Assembly (NCBI GenBank): GCA_963813535.1
Contig: CAWEZH010000002.1
Coordinates: 736,001 to 800,000, forward strand
Length of the DNA stretch: 64,000 nt
Direction: 5' to 3'
From: an uncultured Chloroflexia bacterium
GTDB taxonomy: Bacteria > Chloroflexota > Limnocylindria > Limnocylindrales > CSP1-4
Part shown: positions 9,472-19,066 of the stretch, in pieces
Layout: every line of letters begins with the position of its first letter
Numbering within the stretch: the stretch's first letter is position 1
The notes under the pieces: generated by a model
Told to the model about the DNA's origin: nothing
What the model saw: the letters and a program-made list of their open reading frames with translations, nothing else
The model's database searches: none
Position numbers and translations under genes: made by a program

Positions 9472-10047
9472 CTAGCGCTTCCCGTCGAAGTCCCGGTGGA
9501 ACGCCGATGCGGTCGGTTCCTTCTGACCCTGGTACCGGGAACGGAGCTCCGGGGAGCCGTATGGCCGCTCGACCGCGGAGGACATCTTGAAGAACGAGAT
9601 CTGGCCGATGCGCATGCCGTAGTAGAGCGCGATCGGCAGATTGGCGACGTTGGAGAGCTCGAGCGTCAGGTTGCCCTTCCATCCCGGGTCGACGTAACCA
9701 GCGGTCGAATGGATGAGCAGCCCGAGACGGCCCAATGAGCTCTTGCCCTCCAGTCTCGCCACGAGATCGTCCGGCAGCTCGACCCATTCGAGCGTCTGGC
9801 CGAGCACGAACTCACCAGGGTGGAGGATGAACGCCTCGTCGTCCTCGACGGTCAGCAGCTCCGTCAGGTCGGGCTGCGGCGCGCGGACGTCGATGTACGG
9901 ATAGCGGTTGTTGCGGAACACCCGGAACGCGCGGTCGAGGTGCAGGTCGACCGACGACGGTTGGAGATCCTGGGAGTCGTAGGGATCGATGCGGACCGAC
10001 CCCGCCTCGAGCGCCGCGCGGATGTCGCGATCGGAGAGGACGCTCAC
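9472..10047 (-). CDS. dcd: dCTP deaminase
   Basis: [40 protein letters not shown]. Confidence 0.97.
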   Translation of the reverse strand: MSVLSDRDIRAALEAGSVRIDPYDSQDLQPSSVDLHLDRAFRVFRNNRYPYIDVRAPQPDLTELLTVEDDEAFILHPGEFVLGQTLEWVELPDDLVARLEGKSSLGRLGLLIHSTAGYVDPGWKGNLTLELSNVANLPIALYYGMRIGQISFFKMSSAVERPYGSPELRSRYQGQKEPTASAFHRDFDGKR

Positions 10048-10520
10048 GCGGCGTTGTGCCCGTCGCCCTTCTCGGCGTACAGGCTGTCGACCTCGCGCTT
10101 GAGGTCCTCGAGGTCCTCGAAGCTCTGGTACACGCTGGCGAAACGGATGTAGGCGATCTGGTCGAGGCCGCGCAGAGCCTCCATCGCCAGGGCCCCCACC
10201 CTCGACGACGGCACCTCGGTCATGCCCTCGGCACGCAACTCGGCCTCGATCCGGTCGGCCGCGACCTCGGCCGCGTCATCCGGCACGGGCCGGCGCGTCA
10301 GGGACTTGCGCAGACCCGTCACGAGTCGCTCGCGGTCGAACTCCTGGCGCGTCCCGTCGCGCTTGACGACGACGAGGCGCGCGGCCTCGATCCGCTCGTA
10401 GGTGGTGAAGCGCGTCGCGCAGACGTTGCACTCGCGTCGACGCCGGATCGTGGCCGACTCATCGAGATCGCGCGAGTCGACGACGCGGGTATCCCGGTCG
10501 CCGCATTGGGGGCAGCGCAT
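10044..10520 (-). CDS. nrdR: Transcriptional repressor NrdR
   Basis: MRCPQC, VVDSR, IRRRREC..C..RFTTYE, ATP cone [15 protein letters not shown]. Confidence 0.97.
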   Translation of the reverse strand: MRCPQCGDRDTRVVDSRDLDESATIRRRRECNVCATRFTTYERIEAARLVVVKRDGTRQEFDRERLVTGLRKSLTRRPVPDDAAEVAADRIEAELRAEGMTEVPSSRVGALAMEALRGLDQIAYIRFASVYQSFEDLEDLKREVDSLYAEKGDGHNAA

Positions 10521-10540
10521 CGCTCTCCTGTCGATCGATA

Positions 10541-10587
10541 CCACTACACGTTGTGGTGTTGCGCGATGATACCACTAGATGGTGTGG
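10541..10587. promoter_or_regulatory. Tandem NrdR boxes flanking a -10 element
   Basis: ccactacacgttgtgg (10541-10556) and ccactagatggtgtgg (10572-10587), 31 bp apart; minus-strand TATCAT at 10566-10571. Confidence 0.85.
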
Positions 10588-11166
10588 TCAGGGGCGCGTG
10601 GTGCCGGCCGGCGCGGACCCCTTCGCCGCGCCGTCGGGTTGGGCGACCTCGAGGGCCTCGGCGGCCAGGGCGTGGGCCGCGATGGCGTCGCGGGCATGGA
10701 TCAGGTTCAGGTAGCCGCGCTTGACCGACGTCTGGGCCTCGATCTCGCGTCCGCGGCGGCGCGACTGGGCCATGATCTTCGCGCCGTGGTCGACCATGGC
10801 GAGCGCGCGCTCGGCGCGCTCGAGCTCCTCGACGATGGCGTCGCGGATCGGCACGGCGGCCGGTGGCCCCTTGAGTGAGCGTGCCTCCTCGGCGTAGCGC
10901 GTCACGGCGTCGGTCGCGGCTTCGAGGGTCTGCCCGATCGCGTCGGCGCCGAGCTGTCCGCGGCGGACCGCATCGACTCGTCCTGCGGCCCCTTCCAGCG
11001 AGCGGTCGATCCGCGCGGACAGGTCTCGCACGGCCGATCGGAAATGCTCGACCTCGCGGGTCCGCGCCATGATCCGGCCGGCTCGCCGCAGGACGACGGC
11101 GACGGCAAGGGCCAGGGCGATGAACGCCGCGACCGGCAGGAGGATGGTGAGTTCGGCCACGCCCAT
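10588..11166 (-). CDS. Hypothetical membrane-anchored helical protein
   Basis: N-terminal TM helix then a charged helical region; follows etfA. Confidence 0.7.
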   Translation of the reverse strand: MGVAELTILLPVAAFIALALAVAVVLRRAGRIMARTREVEHFRSAVRDLSARIDRSLEGAAGRVDAVRRGQLGADAIGQTLEAATDAVTRYAEEARSLKGPPAAVPIRDAIVEELERAERALAMVDHGAKIMAQSRRRGREIEAQTSVKRGYLNLIHARDAIAAHALAAEALEVAQPDGAAKGSAPAGTTRP

Positions 11167-11182
11167 CAGGCCGCGCACTCCC

Positions 11183-12163
11183 TCAGCTGGTCCGAGCTCG
11201 CAACTCGGCGAGCAAGGCGTTGCCGACCTCGACGAGGTCGCCGATCACGACCATGTCGGCGAAGTCCGCGATCGGGGCGTCCGGGTCGCGATTGACGGCG
11301 ATGATGGTCGATGCGGTCTGCATCCCGACCTTGTGCTGGATAGCGCCGCTGATGCCCATCGCGAGATAGAGCTGCGGCTTCACGATCTTGCCGGTCTGCC
11401 CGATCTGCTGGCTATACGGGATCCATCCGGAGTCGACCGCGGCCCGCGTCGCACCGACGGCGCCACCGAGCGCGTCGGCCAGTTCCTGGATGAGCCCGAA
11501 GCCCTCCGGACCGCCGACGCCACGACCGCCCGCGACGATGATGCGGGCGTCGTCGATCTGGGCCGCCTTGGTCTCGGCCGGGAGGCGCTCGACCACGGGC
11601 ACGGCCGGCTGCTGCAGCTCCCCGGTGGTGGTCGCCGTCTCGACGGCTCCAGTCGATGCGGCCGGCTCCGCCGTGATGCTGTTCGCGCGGACGGTGATGA
11701 TCCCCTTCCCGCCGGTCAGCCCGCTCTCGGTGATGAGCTTGCCGCCGAAGACGCTATGGGTCGCCACCGGACCATCTGCCGATCCCGTGACACCGGTCGC
11801 GTTGGCCAGGACGCCCCACCCGGTGAGCGCGGATAGCGCACCGGCGAGGTCGCGACCCTCGGCTCCAGCACCGGTCATCACGATGTCGGGGTCGTGGGTC
11901 TCGATCAGCGATGCGAGACGCTGCGCGACGATCATCCCGGCCGCGTGATCGCCAGTCGTCGGCTCCGTGACCGCGAGGACCTTCGGGACGTATCGGGCGA
12001 GCTCCGCAGCGGCGGCGGTCGGGTCGGACCCGATCACGACACCGGTCACCTCGGCACCACCGCTCTGTCCAGCCACGGTCCGGGCGAGCGTGGCGACCTC
12101 GGTAGTCAGTTTCGCGAGCGATCCATCGCCGGCGATCTCGCCATGGACCCAGATCCCGGCCAT
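11183..12163 (-). CDS. etfA: Electron transfer flavoprotein alpha subunit
   Basis: IVAGGRG, GATRAAVD.GW, QIGQTGK.V.P.LY.A.GISGAIQH. Confidence 0.96.
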   Translation of the reverse strand: MAGIWVHGEIAGDGSLAKLTTEVATLARTVAGQSGGAEVTGVVIGSDPTAAAAELARYVPKVLAVTEPTTGDHAAGMIVAQRLASLIETHDPDIVMTGAGAEGRDLAGALSALTGWGVLANATGVTGSADGPVATHSVFGGKLITESGLTGGKGIITVRANSITAEPAASTGAVETATTTGELQQPAVPVVERLPAETKAAQIDDARIIVAGGRGVGGPEGFGLIQELADALGGAVGATRAAVDSGWIPYSQQIGQTGKIVKPQLYLAMGISGAIQHKVGMQTASTIIAVNRDPDAPIADFADMVVIGDLVEVGNALLAELRARTS

Positions 12164-12954
12164 CAGATCAGCCGCCGCTCGGCCAGGAGGTCCGCGATCT
12201 GTTTCGCCGCTTCCTCGGGAGCGTCCCTCACGACACGCGTCGCCCCGCGCGGCTCGGGCGGCCGCGAATCGACGACCTTCGTGGTCGCACCGGTCAACCC
12301 GACCGTCGCCGGCTCGATCCCCAGATCCGCCAGCGACAGCGTGGTGATCTCCTTCGAGCGGGCCGCCATGATCCCCTTCAGCGACGGATAGCGCGGCTCT
12401 CCGAGCGCCTGCGTCCCGGAGATGAGGGCCGGCATCGGCGCCTCGAGCACATCGTAGCCGTCGGCCGTGATCCGCCTGACCCGCACGGTACGCCCGGCCT
12501 CGTCCGGCTCGATCGTCGCGGCATAGGACAGGTACGGCAGACCGGTCAGCGCGGCGACACCGGGCGCCACGACGCCGGCAGTGCCGTCGGACGTGTCGAC
12601 GCCGGCGAACACGAGGTCGAACTCGAGCGTCTTCAACGCGGCCGCCAGGATGCGCGTCGTCGCGACGGTGTCGGAGCCCTCGATCGCGGGGTCCGTCACG
12701 AGGACACCTCGGGTCGCCCCCATCGCGAGCGCCTTGCGCATGGTCTCGGGCGCCGTCGCCGGGGCCATCGTCAGGAGGATGACCTCGCCGTCACCGGCCG
12801 CCTCGATGAGCTTGAGCGCCTTCTCGAGCACGTATTCGTCATTGCCGTTGACGACGGCCGGGCTATTGGCCCGATCGAGCCTCCCATCGGGACCGAGTCG
12901 TTCGCCGCCCGAGGCGGGATCCGGGACGGGTTTCGTGAGGACGACGATGCGCAC
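12163..12954 (-). CDS. etfB: Electron transfer flavoprotein beta subunit
   Basis: KPVPD, ALAMGA, GSDT.AT, EPRYPSLKGIMAA. Confidence 0.95.
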   Translation of the reverse strand: MRIVVLTKPVPDPASGGERLGPDGRLDRANSPAVVNGNDEYVLEKALKLIEAAGDGEVILLTMAPATAPETMRKALAMGATRGVLVTDPAIEGSDTVATTRILAAALKTLEFDLVFAGVDTSDGTAGVVAPGVAALTGLPYLSYAATIEPDEAGRTVRVRRITADGYDVLEAPMPALISGTQALGEPRYPSLKGIMAARSKEITTLSLADLGIEPATVGLTGATTKVVDSRPPEPRGATRVVRDAPEEAAKQIADLLAERRLI

Positions 12955-12987
12955 GAGCGGACGGAACCTCCTGGGCGCTCGCGGCGG

Positions 12988-14160
12988 TCAGCCCTTGCCG
13001 AGCAAGGATCGCGCGATGACGAGCCGCTGGATCTGCTGTGTCCCCTCGTAGAGCTGGGTGATCTTCGCGTCGCGCATCATCCGCTCGACCGGGAACTCGT
13101 CGATGTACCCGTAGCCCCCGAGCACCTGGACGGCGTCGGTCGTGACCCGCATCGCGGTGTCACCGGCGACGAGTTTACACATCGCCGACCATCGACTGGC
13201 GTCCGCCGCACCGGCGTCGATCTCGACGCACGCCTTGTACAGGAGCTGCCGCGCAGCCTCGGTCCCGGCGTCCATGTCGGCCAGCATCGCGCCGACCTGC
13301 TGGAAGTCGCCGATGCGCTGCCCGAACTGTTTGCGGTCGCGGGCGTAGGCCGCCGCCGCCTCGAGTGCGCCCTGGGCGATACCGACCGCCTGGGCTGCGA
13401 TGGCCGTGCGGCTCCGGTCGAGCGTGCGCATCGCGATGCTCCAGCCATCGCCCTCCTCGCCGAGCCGGTTCGAGGCGGGGACCCGCAGGTTCGTGAAGGC
13501 GAGCTCGGCCGTCGGGCTGCCGCGGATGCCCATCTTGTGCTCGATCCGGGTGACCGAGAACCCGTCACTCGGGACCTCGACCACGAAGGCGCTCAGGCGT
13601 TCGTGTCGCGGGGCGTCGGGCTTCGTCACGGCGAAGACGACGACGAGTTCCGCGACCGAACCCTGGCTGATGAACCGCTTGCCGCCATCGATGAGGTAGT
13701 CGTCGCCATCACGGCGCGCGGTCGTGCGCGCTGCGGCGGCGTCGGATCCGGCCTCGGCCTCGGTGAGGGCGAACGCGATGAGGTGCTCCCCGCTGGCCAG
13801 CTTCGGGAACCAGCGCGCCTGCTGCTCGGGCGTACCGGCCAGCGTGATCGGCAGCGAGCCGAGTTCCTGGACGGCGAGGATCAGACCGGTCGTCGCGCAC
13901 GCCCGACTCAGCTGCTCGACGGCGAGGCACACGGTCAGCAGCTCTCCCCCGAGGCCCCCGTGCTCGGTCGGGAACGGCAGGGCGAGGATGTCGTGGTCGG
14001 CGAGCAGCCGGCGCATGTCCTCGGGGAACTCGCCGGTCTTGTCGATCTCCGCGGCGCGGGGGGCGACGCGGTCGTCGGCCAGCACGCGGACCGCGTCGCG
14101 GAGCATCTGCTGGTCTTCCGTGAGTCGGAACGGGCCCGGGGCGCGGCTCGCGGTGGTCAC
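12988..14160 (-). CDS. Acyl-CoA dehydrogenase
   Basis: FALTEAEAGSD, KMGIRGSPT, RKQFG, QVLGGYGYI, RDAKITQLYEGT.QIQR; start at GTG after TACGAT. Confidence 0.95.
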   Translation of the reverse strand: MTTASRAPGPFRLTEDQQMLRDAVRVLADDRVAPRAAEIDKTGEFPEDMRRLLADHDILALPFPTEHGGLGGELLTVCLAVEQLSRACATTGLILAVQELGSLPITLAGTPEQQARWFPKLASGEHLIAFALTEAEAGSDAAAARTTARRDGDDYLIDGGKRFISQGSVAELVVVFAVTKPDAPRHERLSAFVVEVPSDGFSVTRIEHKMGIRGSPTAELAFTNLRVPASNRLGEEGDGWSIAMRTLDRSRTAIAAQAVGIAQGALEAAAAYARDRKQFGQRIGDFQQVGAMLADMDAGTEAARQLLYKACVEIDAGAADASRWSAMCKLVAGDTAMRVTTDAVQVLGGYGYIDEFPVERMMRDAKITQLYEGTQQIQRLVIARSLLGKG

Positions 14161-14199
14161 TGCCCGCATCGTACCGCGCGGTTCGGCGATCGCGGCGAT

Positions 14200-14363
14200 G
14201 TCGGTCACCCGGCGACCGAACTGACGGTGGAATGACCGCGCATTCGCCCGTGGGGCCGATCGTTCGCTGGTTCCGTCACCCGGTGACGGAATCGACGGTC
14301 GAAGCGGGTCTCCGGGGTCCGCGCCGGCCGCTCGGTCGCCGGTTCGGTCACCCCGTGACCGAC
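14200..14363. repeat. Three palindromic repeats at 71-72 bp period
   Basis: tcggtcacccggcgaccga, ttccgtcacccggtgacggaa, ttcggtcaccccgtgaccga. Confidence 0.7.
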
Positions 14364-14372
14364 CAGCCACCA

Positions 14373-15164
14373 TCAGCTCTTTCGCAGGCGCCAGATCTCC
14401 TCGGCCGGCCAGCGGCGCGCCCACTCCAGCTCCTCGGCATCGCGATACGAGCTGGTCGCGCCCTCCGCGGCCTGGAGCTCGAGCAGATCCTCCACGACGA
14501 AGCCGTTGTCGCGGAACAGCCGGAGCCACTCCCCGTACGGCAGCTGGAACGTGGTCGTCTCCCCGTCGTCGAGACGATGCATGCCGAAGTAGTCGACAAC
14601 GAACCGATCGGTGACCCGGTCCCCGTCCAGCGGCCACGCGATCGCTTCGATCGGCGTGTGGTGGTTGAACGCGAACGATCCACCCGATCGCAGCACTCGC
14701 GCGGCCTCCGGAACCGTCCGATACGGGTCGGCGAACGTCATCGCCCCGTGGTCGCAGAACACGATGTCGAACGACGCGTCCGGGAGCGGGATGCGTTCTG
14801 CGCTGCCGTGGATCAACGGGAAGTCGAGCCCGGCCTCGTCCATCAGGCGGCGGGCGTGCTCGAGCTGTCGATCGGACAGATCCAGCCCGACGGGCCGGGC
14901 GCCCAGCTTGGCCAGCGCGATCGACCATTGCGCCGCGCCGCACCCGAGTTCGAGGACGTCCTTGCCGGCGACGTCGCCGAGGATGTGCAGCTCAGCCTCG
15001 GGGATCTGGGTGGTGCCCCACGCGAGGCCCGCGCTCGACGCGAGTTGCGCGCCGTGGCTCGCCTGGTACCGATCGGCGTCGGCATTCCAGGAATCGCGGT
15101 TCTGGATCTCGTGGTCTGTCAGTCCAGGAAGATCCGCGTGGCCCGTTTCAGCGCGGTCTGTCAT
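14373..15164 (-). CDS. Class I SAM-dependent methyltransferase
   Basis: VLELGCGAAQWS, GLDLS, SFDIVF, EAARVLR.GG. Confidence 0.92.
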   Translation of the reverse strand: MTDRAETGHADLPGLTDHEIQNRDSWNADADRYQASHGAQLASSAGLAWGTTQIPEAELHILGDVAGKDVLELGCGAAQWSIALAKLGARPVGLDLSDRQLEHARRLMDEAGLDFPLIHGSAERIPLPDASFDIVFCDHGAMTFADPYRTVPEAARVLRSGGSFAFNHHTPIEAIAWPLDGDRVTDRFVVDYFGMHRLDDGETTTFQLPYGEWLRLFRDNGFVVEDLLELQAAEGATSSYRDAEELEWARRWPAEEIWRLRKS

Positions 15165-15170
15165 GTGGCA

Positions 15171-15355
15171 ATCATGCGATACGTGGATGAGGGCAGCCGT
15201 ATGGCGACCGTACGGTCCCCAAGGCGCCGATCGGACGTCTCGACGACAGCGCGAGGTCCCTTTCCGTGCGTGACCACAGACTCAGGGGCAAGAACTTTGG
15301 CCCGATCAGGGCCGGCTGTCGCCATAAGGCGGCCGTGATCCGCGTTATTCATGGT
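15171..15355. repeat. Imperfect ~41-bp inverted repeat pair (MITE/REP-like)
   Basis: 15171-15211 vs reverse complement of 15315-15355 share a gccNtatggcgac core; about 29/41 identity by hand. Confidence 0.5.
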
Positions 15356-15414
15356 CGCGGACCGAGCGCGGGCGTCGCGGCCGCGGCGGCCCGGGCAGCG
15401 GCTCGCGGCCCCCG

Positions 15415-15753
15415 TCACCGCGTCCGCCGAGCCACGAAGGCCTCCGACTCGGTCGCGAGCGACCGCCACTCGCTCGGATCCCCACCCGTCACGGAGAGCC
15501 ACTCCTTCTGGATCCGGCCGTGACCCGGATCGAACCGCTGCCCCACCCCGGCCTCGACCAGCTCTTCCACGCGTTTCGCCGGCAGCTTCACGACCAGTCG
15601 CTCCTTCACGAGCATCGCGAAGATCTTCCCGTCGGTCTTCAGTGACGTCGCGCCGAACGCCCGTTCCGGGCCGCTCTCGTTGCCATACGTCGCCGAGCCC
15701 TCGCCGAGCACCTCGCCGACGAGCGCCTCCCAGCGCTCCGCCGCGCTCCCCAT
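15415..15753 (-). CDS. TfoX/MmcQ-YjbR-like small protein
   Basis: FGATSLKTDGKIFAML...LVVKLP..RV..LV..G.G.RFDPG.GR..KEW. Confidence 0.75.
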   Translation of the reverse strand: MGSAAERWEALVGEVLGEGSATYGNESGPERAFGATSLKTDGKIFAMLVKERLVVKLPAKRVEELVEAGVGQRFDPGHGRIQKEWLSVTGGDPSEWRSLATESEAFVARRTR

Positions 15754-17885
15754 CACACGACCGGTAGCCGCCGGTCCTCCGGCACCGACGCCAGACGGGC
15801 GGCGAGGACCTCGCTGATGTCCATGGCGTTCACCGCCGTCCCGCCGTCGGCGGCCGCCAGACCGTCGGTCATCATGACCATGCAGAACGGGCAGGCCGTC
15901 GCGACCGTCGAGGCGCCTGTCTCGAGCACCTGGCGCGTCCGTTCGACGTTGATGCGCGTCCCGCGCGTCTCCTCCATCCACATCCGACCACCGCCGGCGC
16001 CACAGCAGAAGGTGTCCTTGCCGCTCTTGGCCATCTCGGTGACGGCGATGCCGGCCGCGCCCAGCACCTCTCGCGGCGCCTGGATCACGCCGTTGTAGCG
16101 GGCGAGATAGCACGAGTCGTGGACCGTCACGCTGCCGGGTCGATGGTCGCCGGTCGACGATTCGGCATCCTCCGGCAGCGTCGCGAGACGTCCGGAGGCG
16201 ACGAGCTCTGACAGGTACGTCGAGTGGTGGACGATGCGGAACGAGCCGCCGAGCTGCCCGTATTCGTTGCCGATCGTGTTGAAGCAATGCGGGCAGGCGG
16301 TCACGATCGTCCGCTCGCCCATCCCGTAGCGGTTCAGCGTCTCGACCGCCCCGGAGGCGAGGATCTGGAACACGTAGTCGTTGCCCATCCGTCGGGCCGG
16401 GTCACCCGTACACGACTCTTCCTGGCCGAGCACCGCGAATGACACGCCCGCCGCGTGCAGACACGTCGCCACCGCCCGAGCGACCTTCTGGTTGCGGGGA
16501 TCGAATGCCGCTGCGCAGCCGACCCAGTAGAGGACCTCGAGGTCGTCGATGCCACCATCGGCCGCGAGCGACGCGACCGTCGGCACCTCGAACGGCAGGG
16601 GCTTGGTCCAGTCCATCCGTTGCGAGGCCGGCTGACCCCAGGGATTGCCCTGCCCCTCCATCGAGCGGAAGGCGGCGGTGAGCTCCTGCGGGAAGCGTGA
16701 CTCCTCGAGCACGAGGTTCCGGCGCAGGCCGACGATCTTGTCGACGTGCTCGATCAGCACCGGGCAGGCCTCGACGCATGCACCGCAGGTGACGCAGTCC
16801 CACACCGCGTCGTAGGGGATCGCGTCGTCCACGATCGGCTTGGCCAAAGCGGTCGCGGCGGGTCGCGCATCGTCGAGGCCGTACGTCTCGCGGACGATCG
16901 GCGAGTTCGGGATGAGGTTGAGGCCGTGCTCGGCTTCGACCGACATGTCCCGGATGCCCATGATGAAGGTCTTGGGGTTGAGCGGCTTGCCGGTGTTCCA
17001 GGCCGGGCAGGCCTCCTGGCAGCGGCCGCATTCCGTGCAGGTGAACCCGTCGAGCAGGTCCTTCCAGCCGAGGTCCTGTAGTGACTTCAGGCCGAACGTC
17101 GCGTTCTCGTCCTCGAGGTCCATCTGCGGCAGCTCGCCGCGCGGCGCGAGCTTGCGGAACCAGATGTTCGGGAAGCTCGTGGCGATGTGGAGGTGCTTGC
17201 TGAACGGCAGGTAGATCAGGAACGCCGCGACGAGCGCGATGTGCGCCCACCAGAAGACCGCGAACAGCGTCTCCAGCGTTTCCGGGGCGAGGGCGGCTCG
17301 CAGTGGCGCGGCGAGCGCCGCGGACACGAACGCACCGGGTTGGTCGCCGTGGGCCGCAAATTCGAACGCCTCGGCGAGGAGCTCGGTCGCGACGACCCCG
17401 CCGATCATCGACAAGATGATCAGGGCGTCGCGGTTGTACGTGAGTCGCCGCGGTTTGGTGATGAGCCGCCGGACGAACGCCCACCCGATCGACACCAGGA
17501 CGATCACGGCCACGACGTTCTGCATCGCGCTCACGAGCGCCCACAGCAGCCCGTCGAACGGGATCGACAGGATCTGCTCGAGGAGGCCGCCGGTCACGAT
17601 GTTGACGGTGCCGATCGTGAGGAGGACGAAGCCCCAGAAGATGCCGGCGTGCATCAGCCCGGCGCGCCAGTCCTTGAACATCTTGGTCTGGACGAACGCG
17701 TACTCCATCAGGCCGACGACGCGGCGTGGAAATTCGGAGAACGGGTTCGGACCTTCGGCGCGCACCGCGGCGAACACCCGGAGGTGGCGCGCCATCGCCA
17801 GGACGAACACGGTCGCCGCGCCCCAGAACAAGGGGAATACGAGCGGGTAGTACGGGACCTCGGTGAACGGCCCGAAGAGGGTCAT
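15753..17885 (-). CDS. Membrane-bound Fe-S oxidoreductase (FadF/EtfD-like, HdrD-type CCG domains)
   Basis: N-terminal TM region, CTECGRCQEACP, CVTCGACVEACP, CTGDPARR.GN, ACPHC, HDSCYL.R, CCGAGG, ACPFC. Confidence 0.93.
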   Translation of the reverse strand: MTLFGPFTEVPYYPLVFPLFWGAATVFVLAMARHLRVFAAVRAEGPNPFSEFPRRVVGLMEYAFVQTKMFKDWRAGLMHAGIFWGFVLLTIGTVNIVTGGLLEQILSIPFDGLLWALVSAMQNVVAVIVLVSIGWAFVRRLITKPRRLTYNRDALIILSMIGGVVATELLAEAFEFAAHGDQPGAFVSAALAAPLRAALAPETLETLFAVFWWAHIALVAAFLIYLPFSKHLHIATSFPNIWFRKLAPRGELPQMDLEDENATFGLKSLQDLGWKDLLDGFTCTECGRCQEACPAWNTGKPLNPKTFIMGIRDMSVEAEHGLNLIPNSPIVRETYGLDDARPAATALAKPIVDDAIPYDAVWDCVTCGACVEACPVLIEHVDKIVGLRRNLVLEESRFPQELTAAFRSMEGQGNPWGQPASQRMDWTKPLPFEVPTVASLAADGGIDDLEVLYWVGCAAAFDPRNQKVARAVATCLHAAGVSFAVLGQEESCTGDPARRMGNDYVFQILASGAVETLNRYGMGERTIVTACPHCFNTIGNEYGQLGGSFRIVHHSTYLSELVASGRLATLPEDAESSTGDHRPGSVTVHDSCYLARYNGVIQAPREVLGAAGIAVTEMAKSGKDTFCCGAGGGRMWMEETRGTRINVERTRQVLETGASTVATACPFCMVMMTDGLAAADGGTAVNAMDISEVLAARLASVPEDRRLPVV

Positions 17886-18388
17886 CGGTCGGCGACGCCG
17901 GCGGCCGGTTCGGCCTCGTCGTGATCGAACGGGCCCGCGAGCGTCTCGAGCGCATGGTCGAGCACGGGCTCGATGGCTGCCAACGATTCCAGCGCGCCGC
18001 GGGGACTGCCCGGCAGGTTGACGACCAGCGCTCGTCCGATGACGCCGACCACGCCCCGCGAGAGGTCGGCGAGGGGCGTCGACTGCCGGCCGGCCGCGCG
18101 CATCGCCTCGGCGAGGCCGGGCACCTCGTAGTCGATCGCGTCGCGCGTCGCCTGGGGGGTCACGTCGCGCGGGGTCAGCCCGGTACCGCCGGTCGTCACG
18201 ATCAGCTCGTTCTTCTGAGCTGACGAGTGGAGGATCTCGGTGAGCGCCGCTCGCTCGTCGGGCAGGACCTCGCGCTGGACGGAGAACCCGAGAGCTTCCA
18301 GCCGCCGGCCGACCCCGGCGCCGGATGTGTCCTCGCGGGCGCCGTGGGCGACGCCATCGCTGGCGGTGATCACGAGCGCGCGCCTCAC
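17882..18388 (-). CDS. MogA/MoaB family molybdenum cofactor biosynthesis protein
   Basis: [24 protein letters not shown]. Confidence 0.92.
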   Translation of the reverse strand: MRRALVITASDGVAHGAREDTSGAGVGRRLEALGFSVQREVLPDERAALTEILHSSAQKNELIVTTGGTGLTPRDVTPQATRDAIDYEVPGLAEAMRAAGRQSTPLADLSRGVVGVIGRALVVNLPGSPRGALESLAAIEPVLDHALETLAGPFDHDEAEPAAGVADR

Positions 18389-19017
18389 GTCGGTCGGCGT
18401 CCGCCGCCGCGCGAACCCTGCCGTGGCGGTTTGCCGATGCGTCCCGCGGCGCGGGCTCCGGGGCGGTGGGTGCGCGACGCGCTCGGCGGATCGGTCTCCT
18501 GGCGCACCCAGTCGCCGCTCTTGCCCCCGCTCTTGGCGATCAGCCGAACACCGCCGATGGTGACGCCGCGCTCGACGCCCTTGACCATGTCGTACACGGT
18601 GAGGGCGGCGATCGACACGGCGGTCATCGCCTCCATCTCGACGCCGGTCTGACCGGTCGTGGCTGCCTCGGCGCGGATCCGAAGCGCACTGCTCGCCCGG
18701 TCGGGCGTGATCGTCACCTGGAGGTCCGTGAGCGGGAGCGGGTGGCAGAGCGGTATCAGCTCGCTGGTCCGCTTGGCGCCCATGACACCGGCGAGCTCGG
18801 CCACACCCAGGACATCGCCCTTCGCGCCGCCGCCATCGATGACGAGGCTGAGGGTCTCGTCCGACATCGACACCATCGCCTCGGCGACCGCACGGCGGGC
18901 CGTCACGGGTTTCCCGCTGACATCGACCATCCGCGGCCGACCGCTGCGGTCGACGTGCGACAGCCGTCGCCGCTCCGCCCGTGGTGCCGGCGTTCGTCCC
19001 GCCTTGGGATCCATCAC
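18385..19017 (-). CDS. moaC: Cyclic pyranopterin monophosphate synthase
   Basis: MVDVS.K, LIPLCHP, TGVEMEA, YDMVK, KSGGKSG. Confidence 0.96.
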   Translation of the reverse strand: MMDPKAGRTPAPRAERRRLSHVDRSGRPRMVDVSGKPVTARRAVAEAMVSMSDETLSLVIDGGGAKGDVLGVAELAGVMGAKRTSELIPLCHPLPLTDLQVTITPDRASSALRIRAEAATTGQTGVEMEAMTAVSIAALTVYDMVKGVERGVTIGGVRLIAKSGGKSGDWVRQETDPPSASRTHRPGARAAGRIGKPPRQGSRGGGRRPT

Positions 19018-19066
19018 GTCCCGAGGATACCGGCCCGCCGGGCCACAGGAGCGCTGCGTCGACGCC

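Noticed and set aside
14200-14363. CRISPR array
   Set aside because: Only three non-identical repeats, no cas genes or AT-rich leader; kept as a generic repeat.
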